A stretch of 64,000 nt of DNA, taken from contig NC_089435.1 in NCBI RefSeq assembly GCF_026210795.1, positions 3,348,001 through 3,412,000 on the forward strand. The letters run 5' to 3'. Of the stretch, positions 48,760 through 63,265 are shown piece by piece. The notes under the pieces were generated by a model that was given only the letters and a program-made list of their open reading frames with translations, had not been told where the DNA came from and did not search any database. The translations under genes and the position numbers were made by a program. How positions within the stretch are numbered: the stretch's first letter is position 1; each line of letters opens with the position of its first letter. Origin of the DNA: Rhizophagus irregularis. Lineage: Eukaryota.

Positions 48760-50566
48760 TCATGTTTATTTGTTTATTGAATCTTGTTTTCAGTATAGGT
48801 TCGTTTCTCAGTTCTTTTGGTCTCAAGGTATTTTTCTTTTCTTTTATTTTCATTTCTAACTTACATTCTGCTTACACTTTGTTTCTTACTAACTTTATTT
48901 CATCATTTTTACATCCTTTAGTCCTTCCAGTTCTGCAATTAAGGTTCAGTTGTTTTTCATTTTTTCATTTTTTTTTTATTTTATTTCTGTTTCATATTTC
49001 GTTTTTCACTAATTTATTTCATTTTTTTTTAGATATTTTAGTTCTTTCAGTTCTACAATTAATAAAGGTATGTTTTTTATTTCTTATTTATTTTTTTTAT
49101 TTTGTTTCTATCTTATATTTCGTTTCTTACTAACTTCATTTTTTTTACTTTATGGTTTATTTTTTACTTGGTTTCCTATCATTATCTTTTGCTACCCAAC
49201 CTCCTATCATGATCATTTTTTTATTTTTTTATCTCTCATCATTTTTCACCTCCTATTACTTCTTATTATTCCATTCTTTTCGTCTCCCATTATTTTCTAT
49301 TACATCTTTTCATTTTCCATTATTTCTTTTTCTCTCCTGTTTATTTCCCATCATTTCTTTTTGTTTCTCATCACTCCTTTTCGTCTCCCATCACTCCTCT
49401 TCACCTTCTCATTACTCCTCTTCATCTTCCCATCACTCCTTTTCGTCTTCCATCACTCCTCTTTATCTTCCTATTACTCATTTCTCCTTTTTGCTTCCTA
49501 ACACTTCTCATTACTCTTTTTTACTCCCTTTCATCTTCTATTACTTCTCATTACTCCATTGTTATTTTATTTTTTATTAGCATATTTTTTCTTGATCATT
49601 GTAATTTACTTATCTTTTCTTTTATTTGTATCACTTCATTAAAAAATAAAATACGTGATTTTTTTCTTTAAAATCGTAAATGTGCGATTTAAAATTTAAT
49701 ATTTACAAAATTTTGTTAGATAAGATTATTTTGGATAAATATGCTTGCAAAAAATTTTTTTTAAAAATAGATGTTTGCGATAAAATTTTTAAGTTTAGCC
49801 TAGCTAAGTTTGAAAAAATCAGATCAATAAATTTATTCTTTATATATTGTACATCATGTGACATATTTAAAAAAAATCCAGGCGACAAATCACTCAGGCA
49901 ACGTTTAGCAATTCCCAATTATATTTACAACAATGTAAGTTATTTATATTAAAGATTTGACGTTTAAGTGTAGAATGAAATTCGTATTAATTAAGGAATT
50001 GTGAAAAAATAATTATCAATAAAAATTGATTAACTTTTTAGAAGTATTTTCGAAAAAATTTTAATATTGTGAAAAATACTACAAATATTATTATTAATTA
50101 ATTATAAATTTCTTATTATTTTATAAAAAAATTTATGTAAAAAAAAAACAAAAAAAAGTATTTTTATTAAAAAAAATAATAACGTTTATCAAATAATTGT
50201 TATAATCGAAACAAGTCAAAAAGTATTTAAAAAAAATCAAATAACAAAAAAAAGTGTTATATATATGTAAAAAAATTGGGTTTAGTCTATAAAAAAAAAT
50301 ACCGATCCAGGATAAAATTAATAATCAACAAAAAATGAAAAAATGATCTAACAAATGATCTAACTTCGGTAACAATATTGATGATCTGCAATTCGGAATT
50401 CATACCTTGAACTTACCGATATTAACCTAATAATCTAGAAAATAAAGAACGCTAACATGGAATAGATTAGGCGCAAGCAGAAAATATATTACACAATTCA
50501 AACCTATTTATACACGCTAGTCTAAACGTTACGATTTTTTTATGTATTTTTTTTAGTTATATAGAT
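48760..50566 (-). mobile_element. Dispersed repeat, copy B (same family as 27200-28306)
   Basis: TC-rich tract (CATTACTC/CATCACTCC units at about 49250-49560), the same two shared blocks, and the identical TTTTAGTTATATAGAT terminus. The left boundary is uncertain. Confidence 0.5.
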
Positions 50567-51798
50567 TTTATTAAATTGGATTTTTTAAAAAAGATTTCTT
50601 TAAAATTTTTTTTTTTTAATGAGGAGATTTTTTTTGATAGATAATTTTGTTGAAAATATTTTTTTAATAGGAGAGATTTTTTTTCGATAGATAATTAGGT
50701 GACTTTTTTTTTGATATAGAAGTTCTTAAGAGAATTTTTTTTTAATAGGCAAGAATCTTTTTTTAATAGAAAAAATGTGTTTTTTGATTGAAGAGTTACG
50801 TTAGAATTTCACTGACAAACGTTTCACCGACATATATATAAAATTAAATATAAATATTTTAAATAGAGAATTTTTATTGTTAGTAACCCGTATTTCTTTG
50901 TTAGATTTAATAAAATACAAAAAAACTACTATATTAATGTTTTGTTGTGATGATCAGTTTATATATTGTTAGTAACGCGCATTTCTTTTATTACTTTAAT
51001 GAAATAATAATAAAAATACAATATAACTATATATGTGATTCTATCGACTACTAACCCGTCTAAGATGGAAGTAAGTATCAATATTTTAATATTAGATCTA
51101 AACTAAATATCTAAAAAAAGTTTTTTATAATAAAATATCTCGTATTCACCCATTTTTTAGCGAGTATTGATCAAATTATAACTTGGTTTCTTTTAAAAAT
51201 AATAATATAAATTAAATTTTATATCCTTTTATTTATTTATGTATACAGAATTTCAAAAATTATGACGATAAGTTAGGATGAGTAAATGACCAATGATACA
51301 GTATTGTTTTAAAGTATTTATGAAATGTTTGTTAAAATATATGTACAGTATATAATATCATAATTAGAGGATTTAGAGATTTTTTACTCTATTACTATAA
51401 AATGATGTCATGAAACTTTTATCGTGATACTATGATACTAATCAAACATCATTTTAACCATTTTTTTGAACTAAATTGCGCCCTATTCTTATTATAATTA
51501 TTTTTCTATGCCGATCCCAATTTTTTTCACATACGAAACTTTTTTTTCCCTTAAAACATATACTGCTGCGATGATTGACATCAAATCAGCCCATTCTGAA
51601 AATGGCAATAATGTTTATTCCCATAGAATTCCATAGAATAAAAACATAAAACCTGTTGTTGGAATCTTGGCGTAATTGTTTACTATTACGTCAGTATTGA
51701 CTCATTTTGACTTTAATATAGATTGACGGGCATGTTCAAAATTATAATTTTTCACCTCGTCCAAATATTTTAAAGTTCAATAAATTTTATTAAAATTC

Positions 51799-54700
51799 AT
51801 GGATTTTCCATTAGGTGAAGATTTCAAGCCAAAAGAACCTTACACGAGTCGTCTACGTAAAATTCTTGAAGAATATCCTGATGGTTCACAAATATTACGT
51901 GAAATTCTTCAGAATTCAGATGATGCTCAAAGTACTGAGCAAATTTTTATTTTGGATTTTAATAAATATCCATCAAATAAATTGTTTAAACCACAACTTA
52001 ACAGATATCAAGGTCCTGCACTCATATCAAAAAATACTGCTATATTCGAAGATGATGATTTCAAATCTTTGCTCAACTTAGCTGATAGTAAAAAACGCAA
52101 AAAATTTGATAAGATCGGAGGTAAAAAAAATTCATTTTAAAATCGAGTTTGCACAACAATCACGTTTCAGTTATTAACAAATAGCATATTTTTAGTTATG
52201 GGAATTGGATTTAATTCAATTTATCATATTACCGATTCTCCTTCCTTTATTACTGGTAACAAGTACGTTATTCTTGATCCACACGAAAGGCATTTTAATG
52301 GTGGTATTCAATTCGACTTTGTACGTCAGAAATTGGCTGAAGGTTTTCCAGACCAATTTGCTCCATTCAAAAAGATTTTGCGATGTAATAGACCATTTAA
52401 AGAACCATTTAAAGGAACTATCTTTCGTTATCCTCTTCGTGATTCCACCGATTCGGATATTTCTAACAAAGTTTATAAACCTAAAGAAATTTTGGACATG
52501 TTTCGTAAATTTTACGAACATGAAAGCATTAATTGTTTATTATTTTTGAAATATATAGAGTGTATTTCTTTTTATGTATTACGAAAAGGCGCCGATGAAC
52601 CCGAGTTATTATATAAAATTCGATTAGAAAATGCAGATCAAGTTCGAAAACAACGTTGTTTAATAAGTGAAAGTATCGCATCGATGATGAATTCGACCAA
52701 TTCAAAAGAATTAGTAACATCCTATGTCGCATCATTCTATCGTCAGAAAGGAGATATTAAAGAACCTAATTCAGAATGGTTAATTCTAAATTACCTTGAT
52801 GACTTACTTGATACCAAAAAGAACTTTAGTAAAATAGATTTATACAAATTTATTCCTAACGTTGGTTTAGCCGTTCCTTTAAAAGATTTTAAAAATGTTA
52901 TTGGAAGATTATTTTGTTTTTTACCTCTTCCCATTTATATGCCCTTTCCCGTTTCCGTGCATGGATATTTTGCGGTATGTACTGTATATGAGCTTTTATT
53001 GTTCGTATTTTATTGCAGTTACGATTTTAATGCTAAAAAAAAAAAATTTTTATATGTCTAACAGGTTAGCACTAATCGACGTTCTTTATGGTCACCTATT
53101 GAAAATGAAGATTTGGTAATATTTATTAAAAATTAAATAGAATAAAGTAAAATAATTACATATTAACTATTTTTAACTTTTAGGCGGACGATGCGTTGGC
53201 GCGTATAAAGGCTAAATGGAATCAATACTTATTTGAAAATGTCTTACCCAAAGCTTGGGTAAAATTCCTTCATGAACTTCCACATAAAGTTCCCAATATT
53301 CAATCAGATGATTTATATAAATTTTGGCCAATAGTCAAGGAGGGGGGTACATCGGGTAACATAGGTATCTTTTGTAAGGATCTTTTACAAAATGTTACAA
53401 ATTGTCTCAATATAGAAGATCGCGTATTCAAAGGTCCATTTTGTGATAATTGGCTTTCACTTTCTAATGGCTATTTGGAAGACGAAAAATTATTTAATTT
53501 CAACATATCTAAAATAATTGCTAATATAGGATTTCCTGTAATATCAACTTTGTATCCTATCATCAGAGTATTAAAAAATTCTAAACATCAAGAATCTCTC
53601 AAGTTTTTTTCACCAACTATTATTCGTATTTATTTGAATAAAAATCGTGCTAAATGGGAAAATATACTATCAAGAAAAGAAACCTTACTATTATTCGAAT
53701 ATATATTAAAAGAATTAAATAATCAAAATCTTAGTGAATTAGAAGGACTCAAAATAATTCCACTCGCGGATGGTATAAATCTTGGTACTTTAACACAATT
53801 TGGCAATTCTTATGTATATATTGGTCCAGATAATGACATCAAGAATCATGAAAACGATGAACGTAATATCTTCACAAATCAATTAGACAAATTCATTGAT
53901 AAATCAATTGATTTCAGATTATATAAATGTTTGTATAATTATGCAAATGCCGGATGGAATCTAAATATCAAAATATTAGATGAATTAGCCGTTGCTGATA
54001 TGATCAAAACCTCATTGAATTTTGCAGAAAATGAAAGTTTTGAAGAGATACAAATGCCAAATCATTGTGAATGGATTTATCAATTATGGAATAACTTAAG
54101 ATACAGAAATTGGGATTTAACAAAGTTTGAAGATATCCATTTAATTCCAACAAATCGCTCTACTCTTAGAAAGCTAAAGACTTCTAGAAAGACCTTTACT
54201 AGTAAATATATTCAAACCAATTCTTTAATTTCAATTTTCGAAAAATTTGGTGCTGTTTTCGTGGACAATGAATTTGATACTAACCAAATTTCGGAATGGA
54301 ATAAGTGAGTATTTTATCCGTAAATAGCATTTTTATCATAAAATAATCTAAAAAAAAAACTTCTTTTCATATCATTAGAGTATCACCGTATATTATTAAG
54401 CCTAATAATATTATATCGGTTCTGGATTCTTTTCAAGCTAATACATCATATCCAGAGAATTTGAAAGAAAAGTTACAAATTAATGAAGCATCGGTAGTCG
54501 TAGAACATTTATCTAATTATTTGCGACTTGTTAATAAAAATAATCTTATGCAAAAACATATTGATGTTATTAAACATCTTCCAATTTTTACTGAAGTTGA
54601 TCATATTTCACCAATTCCATTATTACCATCACTACCTAAAAATAAAAAATGGTATCTCCTACCTCGAGATGAAGAAAATTCATATGGCAAGATTATCTAT

Positions 54701-57700
54701 CCACGTGATGAGGGAGGATTTATTAATTCAAACTCCCAAAACATGTGTTATATATTGGAAGATATTATAAAAATTCCTCGATTAGCAATATATGATTATT
54801 GGCGAATGTTTGTAATACCATTCCTCGAATTACAAATACCAAGAAATATAGATATAGTTGTTGAAAAACTTTTTGATAGATTACCATCTTTATTTGATGC
54901 TGACTTAAAGAATGATCTTGGAGGAAGGTCTTTTGTACCTGCTGTTACACTTAATATGTCGCAACAACATCAATCAACTGATCTTATAAATTTAGCTAAG
55001 CCAACAGAACTATTTGATCCAGAAGCAAAGGCAGTAACTGATTTATTTTTTGATGATGAACAACTTTTTCCTGCTGGTAAATTCGGCAACCCGCAAAAGT
55101 ACCTTCCAATTCTGAAATCGTTGGGAATTAAATCAGTTCTTACTCTAAACGATATAATCTCTCGAATTGATGTTATCATGACACGAAAGCAAACTTCCAA
55201 TGAAGAATTAGTCCATGCCAAAGCATTTAGTCTTTTAAAATACATCGATGATAATTGGGATCGGTTAACTCTTATGACTAACAATCTTAATAATGCAACA
55301 TTGGAATCTATTTTAAAAGCAGAATGGATCCCTACGGTCGACAAATTTGGTAACAAGCTTTTTTCGAAAGCTGAAGATTGTTATTGTGAAAAGTATAAAA
55401 ATCTAGTTTGCTTGACTGTACCTGTTCTGGAATATAATCTTGAGAATAATAATTTTATAGATTTTTTTGATTGGGACGTTTATCCAGATGTTAAAACTGT
55501 TCTAAGACAATTGAAATTATGTCGCGATAGTGTGGCTTCACCAAATGAGAGAAAATCTATTTGTATCACGATTTATGAATATATGAATGAAATTTCAATT
55601 TCTCAAGCTCCTGGTGAAAGTACTAATGAAGAACTTCGTTTTATGATCGAATCCTTAAGAAATGAACCATGGATTTTGTGCGGAAAATCATTTCATTCAA
55701 GTGATAAAGTTGTCGTTAACCTTCCTGACCAATTTCAGAATAACGATTCTTTAATTGTTAAACTTCCCTTAGAATATTATAAATTTGTAGATTTGTTTAA
55801 GAAGATGGGAGTTCGAGACAGAGTTGGAGTAAAAGATTTAGTTGAATTTATTAAAAGTATAGTCAAAGAGGATAAAAATAGAATCTTAGACACACGTGAA
55901 ATAAGTAATGTTATTATGATTCTTGAACAAATCGCTAGGATACGAAAGGATAATAGGAGTGAAGGAAATGAAAATGATACGGATGAATTGGAAGGATTGT
56001 TGATTCCAAACGACAAAAATGTACTTGTTAACTTTCGTGAAATTTATTTTGATGATATGGGGAGTAGATTTAGCGATGAAGAGAAAAGCAATTATGAAAT
56101 TGTTCATGATTCTATAACTCAAGACATTACCGAAAAATTAGGGATTCAAACTTTAAAGGGAACAGTATTTGGTAACTATACTAAATTATAAATTTTAAAT
56201 TTCAATCTAATTTCTTTAAATTTATTATTTATATATAATGCAAATACTATATCTAGTAAGGGAAATATATGGCCAAATCGAATCTCTAACTACTAGGATT
56301 GAAAATATTGTCAAGGTAATTTTTTAATTTAACCTTCAATTTTTATTATAACATGTGACTAAATGCTTCATACTATTAGGACTATTCTATAAACTCCGTA
56401 TTTAAAGAATTTCTTCAAGTAAGTTTGAAGTAAATTTATTTTTTATTTTTTTTTTTCGAATTAAATTATATCGCAAGGATTTATATATTCTTCTCCGTAT
56501 AGAATGCAGATGATGCTGGTGCCAAACAGTTTTTAATAATAGTAGATGAAAGGCAGCATGAGCCTTCTAAAAAATCATTCCTATCAGAAGAAATTCAAGG
56601 TCCTACGATATGGATTTATAATGATGTAGAGCTTACAGACGATAGCTTTAAGTCTTTAATAAACCTTGACATTAGAAGTCTTAATTGTGCTTTCCATATT
56701 ACAGATTTTCTGAGCTTTGTAAGTGGGAGGTATATCGTATTTTTAGATCCACATGCAAAATTTCTTCCACTGTCAGGATTTCCTCTTAAGAGACCAAATG
56801 GTGTTCAAATAGATTTTATTGAAAAAAAGTTTAAGAGTAGTTTTCCAGAACAATGCTATCCATATGAAGAAATATTTTATTTCATTGAGAAAAATTTTCC
56901 TGATAAATACTCAGTAGGAGATTGTGACATGTCAAAAGAATTTAAGGGAACCTTGTTCAGACTTCCTCTTAAGATTCCTGAATTAGCAAAAAATAGTGGT
57001 ATATCAAGTAATGCCATAAGTAATATAAATAAAATTATGAAAACATTCAATAATATTCTGGATAATAACGAGATGCTATTTCTAAGGAATATAGAATCAT
57101 GTAGTTTATATCATGTGAAAAATCATAATGTTCAATTTGATATTGATAGTTATTATAATTCTCACCGAAAAATGATTGATAGCACTTGTGATGTACAAAT
57201 ATACCAATCATATATCGAAAGAATGAATTTTGTACAAAACAAAAAAGTTTCGGAAATATGGGCTATATGTACGGGAGAACACAATAAGATCAAACCAATG
57301 TCAGGAGAACTTGAAGATAGACTTAAAAAATTTTCGAGGGAAAACCGACTTAAGGTAAATTTCAAAAAACAAGCATTTACATTAATTATTAATATATATT
57401 AAATTTAAATAATTAATTTATTAATTTAAAAAAAAAAAAGCCAAGAGGTGGAGTAGCTTATTTGCTCGCTCAATCCGATACAAAATCGTTTGATGAATTA
57501 AGAACCGAATTGGTAGTTAATTTTTTTTTTTTTTTTGAAATCAAATATTAATTTATTAAAAATATATTGATTTTTCATATTAGTTTCTAAATCCACTTAA
57601 GCTTAAGGGTCAAATCTATTCTCATTTGTCTCCGCCAATAAGTACAAACTTAGGAGTTCACTTGAAGGGAGACTTTACTTTATCGATTGCAAAGAGTAAT

Positions 57701-60700
57701 ATTTTACAACCTGAAAATAATTTCCCGCAAGTTGATTGTGATGATATAAATTGGGATATGTATATTCTATACGAAGTTTTACCTGAATTGCACATCAAAT
57801 TACTTGACTATATTGTGGATCTTGAAGAAAATAGACGAAAACAAGAAACTAGTTACTTTCCACTTTCCATAAACAATCTTTGGCCGACTAAAAATGATTT
57901 AATAATTGATGTACTATACAAAAATTATGGTTTGAATGTTATTAAAAAACTAGGTTGTGGTAATCATAGAATATTTTGGACTGAGGCTAATGACGGGGAA
58001 TTCATTTCTTTAGAGGATGCTAAAATTTTTGAGCCAGAAAATGAAATTGCAGATATATTAATTAGTCTGGGAGTATCGGTTGTAATACTTGATGAAAATA
58101 AAATCGAAGAATTGAATAAAATTTTTGAATCTGGCGACCCTTCAAATTTCCTATATGAGCCTATCACCGGAGAATCAGTTTGTGAAATATTATGCGGGAT
58201 TTCTGATTATAATCTTAATCATACTTCATTATTCAAATTGCTTGATTTTATTCTACAAGATAAAAATGCTTATGAATTTCTTACTGGACTACCGTTAGTT
58301 CCATTGAGTGATGGTTCTGTTGGAAAGTTTGGTGATGTCTATTATATTGGAAAAAAAGAACATCTAGATTTGTTCCCGAGTACTGGTCCACCAAAATTTG
58401 TTTCTATTGATTTACCAAAGAAATTAATCAAAATATTTAATAAAGAAGATTTCTCCGCATACACAAATATCAAAAAATTTGATGCTTCGGCTCTCTTAGA
58501 TCTTTTAATGTTTGAATTACGGCCTTCAAAGGAAAGACCATGGGATCCATACGGAAACTCTATACCAAATTATGATTGGCTTATAAAGATTTGGTCAATA
58601 TTAATTAAAATGAAAGAAGAAAGAGAATTTACTAGACTTTCAAAATATCCTCTTTTGCCAGTGATTCAACCTTCCAAACTTATTCGACTTGATATAAAAG
58701 ATCCAGTTTTATATGTGTCTGACAATGGTCATTATTTATATCAAATACTATCAAAACTACAAGTTCGTTTTACTGATTTGAAATTTCCTGATAACGCTCA
58801 CCAATATTTCAAAAAATGTACATTAAGTTGTACTCCTTTAAACGTAATTAATTCTTTGAAGGTATCTTGTTCATTATTATTTAAGTCTATGGAGCAGCTG
58901 TTCGAAACTGGTAATCTATCATTGTCCGATTACGATAATTTTAGAAGATATATTAAAAATGAACTTCAATCTTTAATAGGTAAATAAGATTGTTTGCAAA
59001 AATGATTATTTTAATGGAAATGATTTGATATCTTATTATTTATCCCAATAGAACATGGACGAGAACAAAAAAATTTTATGGACATACTTCGATCTTTACC
59101 CATATGGCCAATACATTCCAATGAAAAAGGAGGAAAATTCATTGACGCCACATCTGGAAATCTTCTTACGTGCAGGTTGCCATTTTTTTCTTTCCATAAA
59201 AATACTGATTTCTATAGATGTGATAGTAAATCAGATTTTAATGCGCTTATTAAATTACGCCAAAAACAATCATTAGAAGCAACTTATATGAATGAACTAA
59301 ACTATTTTAAAAACTATATAGTACCAGATTTGGAAAATTTTGTACCTTCTCAAGACTATATTACTTTCTTGAAAAAGCTTTTATCTTTAGATAATATTGA
59401 TTATTTCAAACAATTTAAAATGGTACCTAACAAATCACTTACTGCTTTCGCGAGAGCAGATACTTTATATGACAATGATGAAATTTTATTTCACAACATT
59501 TTTGACACCGACAAATTTATACCGCCAGAATTACAAAACGATTCTGTTTGTTTAGAAGCTTTAGGAAGAATCGGGCTTAATCGCAGAGCAAATTGTGATA
59601 CATTTATTAAATGTGCACGAGAGATTGAATCTCAATTTCAACAACCGGATAAATTTCCAATAAATGTAGTCAAAATTCGAGCAAAATATTTAATAAATTA
59701 TTTATATACAAATAATTTTATGTTTTCAAACGATCAATGGAACCAAATTATATATATCAAATTCATTCCATCAGAAAAGTGTCTTCAGAGTCCATTTCAA
59801 GAGGAAGCAAAAGAAACTTTAGGATATGAAAATTTTGCAGTTCTTTGTTTTCAAAGATATAAGGAAGTATGTTGGACTCAAAGACCTTTATTTGAAAGAA
59901 GTGTTGAACCGGATAATTCATTTTGTGAACGATATTCAACTATTGGAAAACCATCTTTAGAAGAAATTATTAAACATTGGCTTTTTTTTATCGAAGAAAT
60001 TAAATCCAAAAATATTTGGAAGTCTTCAGATATAAAAAGCGTAATGGAAGAAATATATAAAATAATGAATGAATTTTCGCATGATGACGTTATGAAAGGG
60101 TTGATTAAATTAAAATTTAATGATTCTGACAAGAAATTGTTCTTAAATGGGGATGATCCATTAGACGAAAAAAGTTGGGTAGCAGGAAAGGAGCTTGTTT
60201 TTGGAATACAAGAAGATATTAAAGAGGGAATGTACAAAGTTCAAACATGTTTAATGCCATATAAAGATCTATTATTGCTTACGGGAGCTTATGAGATAAA
60301 TATAGAGGAGTTAGAAGAGTTAGAAAAGATAAAAAATTCAGAAAAAAATGCAAAAGTTGATCAAAAAGAAATATTGGTTAATGATTTATTAGATAAACTC
60401 ATAAAACAATCTAACAATGAATATCATGATGTTTTTTTCATTTTTGATGAAGAGCAAGAAAAAATTGGTGCTAACAGATATGTGCTTTCAGGTTCGTTAA
60501 ATTAATATTTTTTTTCCTGCTTATATATACAGTACTATACATATTTCCCTCAAATAATATTTTTTTTTTCACGCAGCGGCTTCTTCATATTTTAAAAGAA
60601 TGTTCTACAGTGGTTTAAGTGAATCATCAAGGGATGAAATCGAGGTTTCAATAAAAGGTATTCATCCGGATATATTTTGGATATTACTTCGATGGTTATA

Positions 60701-61097
60701 TGGACAAACTTTTGAAGATGCGGTAAAATCTGTTTTACGTAAGCCAGATGATTTTAAAACAGATCAATATTTATTATTTCTTATTAATATGTTACAAGTA
60801 ACTGATATTTATGACGTTGAAACGCTGAAAGATAAAGTAGAAGATACTATTATTAAAGGTCGATATATTGGTGTTCGTAATCTATGTAAAATTCTAATAT
60901 CTTCGGAAGATTTTAATGCACAACAATTAAGAAATTACTATATAAGACACATTATATCAAATAGGAAGCTTATAAAAGAGCAATTATTAAAACTTAATAC
61001 AAATGCGGCAAATGATGTTGAACAATTAGAAATATCACAAATGTCACAAAAATTAGAACCATTCTTAACAGTTAAAGAAGATAAAATGAATAATTAA
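51799..61097 (+). CDS. Sacsin-like protein: two HSP90/GHKL-type ATPase (sacsin repeat) regions plus C-terminal BTB/POZ domain; 12 exons, about 2,800 aa
   Basis: Repeat 1: GEDFKPKEPYTSRLRKILEEYPDG..EILQNSDDA..QGPAL..KIG|VMGIGFNSIYHITD..LDPH..GTIFRYPLR..CLLFLKYIE..GRLFCFLPLP..PVSVHGYFA|VSTNRRSLW. Repeat 2: GQIESLTTRIENIVK|DY..KEFLQ|NADDAGA..QGPTIWIYND..FHITD..FLDPH..GTLFRLPL..MLFLRNIE. BTB: YHDVFFIF..IGANRYVLS|AASSYFKRMFYSGLSES..PDIFWILLRWLYG. All 11 GT-AG introns could be placed in frame by eye. Confidence 0.92.
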
Positions 61098-61345
61098 CAT
61101 AATATAAATATTTTCACTTTAAATTTATCTTGCTCAAATAACGGATATATCCATTTCTTCAACCCATTCTTTTACCGTAGTCATTTTATCATTTATGTTT
61201 ATTTTATGTTATCATATACTATTATTTTTTTTTAAAAAAAAAAGAATTTCAGCGTTTACGCCGTTTTAGGAATTTTAAATGAATCCATTGATACAGTCTT
61301 TGGGCTCAACATATCATAATTGGGAAAAAAAAATGCTCACTATAG

Positions 61346-61896
61346 TGTAACAAGGAAACGCGTGACATGTCTGCGCCTGAACTATTCATTGTTTTTTAAT
61401 CATTTTTTGTAGTTCGTATTTCTTTATTTTTTTAGTTTTTTTTTCAAACCGAAAAAATTTAATTATTTTCAATACCGAAAAAATTTTTTATTATTTTTAG
61501 TTTTTAGTTCAATACTGAAAAATTTTTTTTTATTTTTTTCGTTCAAATTTTTTTAATTTTTTTATTTTCAGTTTTTTGTTCAATACCGAATATATAATAT
61601 ATATATTTATTTTTTTTTTGGTTTTTGGTTTTTAGTTCAACAATTTTTTCATCATTTTTTTTATTTATTTATTTTTTTTTTTTTGGTTCAATATATTTGT
61701 TTGTTTATTTTTTTGGTACAAAGTACAAACCAAAAAAGAAATTTTTTTAATCGATTTTTTATTTTTATTTTTTTTGGTTTTGGTTTTTAGTTCAACAATT
61801 TTTTCATCATTTTTCTTATTATTTTTTTTTTTTGGTTCAAACCGAAAAATAAAATTTTTTTAATTGGTTTTTTTCTATTTTTCGATTATTGTTACA
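61346..61896. repeat. TGTAACA...TGTTACA-bounded AT-rich element with internal TTCAA(T/A)ACCGAAAAA repeats (solo-LTR-like or Ginger-like)
   Basis: 9-bp inverted ends GTGTAACAA/TTGTTACAC and internal degenerate tandem units. No TSD is evident. Confidence 0.4.
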
Positions 61897-63114
61897 CATT
61901 TTTTTTGTTGAATTTTTGTTAATAATTAATTAACATCAATAAAAAAAAAAGAATTTTTTTTTTATCGTTCATCTTTTATTGTAATTTTAGTCTCCATCCT
62001 CTAACATAAGTTGTAGTAAATTTTTAATGATATAAAGTAAAACATTTTTATTATATTGATTTATATATACAGTAAATCATCAAGATGATATTAAAGCGGC
62101 TGCCATACTTCTTTCGTATATTATGTATCAACTTTTCTATAAATATAATGTATGAAGTATTGTTAATGCTGTAATTCAAGTGACTTCTTTTCAGGAAATA
62201 TTTGAAGTTGAGGTCCTGAATAATGTAAAAAAGATTATGTAAATAAAGAAAGACACTAACCTTTTCCAGAAGCTTATAATTAAATTAAAACTTTCTGCTG
62301 ATGCACTAGGCCAAAAATCTTTGAGAAAAACAGTCGAGTAAAAAATTCTCTACCACTCTTAATGAATATAGAAAAGTCATATTACACGCGAAAAGTGTTT
62401 AACGACAACGAAACAAGATCTTCTATTAACAATTTTTTTTGAAATATTTAAATTTTTTCAAAACATAAGACGTATTGAAACAATAGAATTTTCATTAAAA
62501 TGCCATGAAGAATTGTATGTAAACTATATCGAAAAGATGTTGAAACTATAGGAAGACAAATTCAACTGCTCCATGAGGCGTAGCAAAAAAACAAAAGGAT
62601 AATAACATATGACCTTGGCAGTTTCATTGGACTGAAGTAATAATTATAATAATTATAAATTAAAAAATTTTTTATTCCATTTTTTTTTCTTGTAATTTGA
62701 CTATGCAATAAATAAAATGAGATTTTATAAAACTCGTTGCTTCGCACCGAGAGACTTTTTTATATAAAACAATCCAAGTGTGGCGGTATGAGTGAAAATT
62801 CGTAGTTACCGTTTTTCTGCAATGTTTATTTAGTTTTTGAAGCAATAAGGTGTAGAATAGTTCGACAGGTTACTATATTTAGATTCTTATAAATAGCAGA
62901 TCATTTTGATCTTATGAAAATAGAAAGAAATTTTAGGATAAATATTTAACCTTTATTTAATATTATTAAACCAAGCATATTATTGTATTTATTTATATTG
63001 TTAATAAAGTATGATTTTGTTAATATCTAAGGTGGCAAACGTGACTTATCACGGGCTTAGGTATTACACCGTATTTGTCGGTGACCTGTCGGCGAGACGT
63101 GCGGTAAAACGTTT

Positions 63115-63265
63115 GTAGGTGAAATGATTGTCAGAAAAGTAATTTGATAAAATGGCCATTCAGTAAAATGGCCATTCAGCGAAATGGCACTTCAGTGAAA
63201 CATCCCTCTGTAGGAATTGCTTCGGCAAAATGAGTTTCTGTGAAATGGGCTTCAGTGAAAAGCAG
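63115..63265. repeat. Degenerate 15-16-bp tandem array (TTCAG[T/C]GAAATGG); probable transposon subterminal repeats
   Basis: AAATGGCCATTCAG twice, GAAATGGCACTTCAG, GAAATGGGCTTCAG, TTCGGCAAAATG. Confidence 0.6.

Noticed and set aside
48762..49580. Hydrophobic ORFs of 123-143 aa
   Set aside because: Same TC-rich repeat artefact.
51815..60237. Alternative-frame and antisense ORFs within the sacsin-like gene
   Set aside because: Shadow ORFs of a long AT-rich coding region; no motifs.
62734..62752. CTCGTTGCTTCGCACCGAG hairpin resembling a Helitron 3' hairpin
   Set aside because: No CTRR terminus at the expected distance on either strand.
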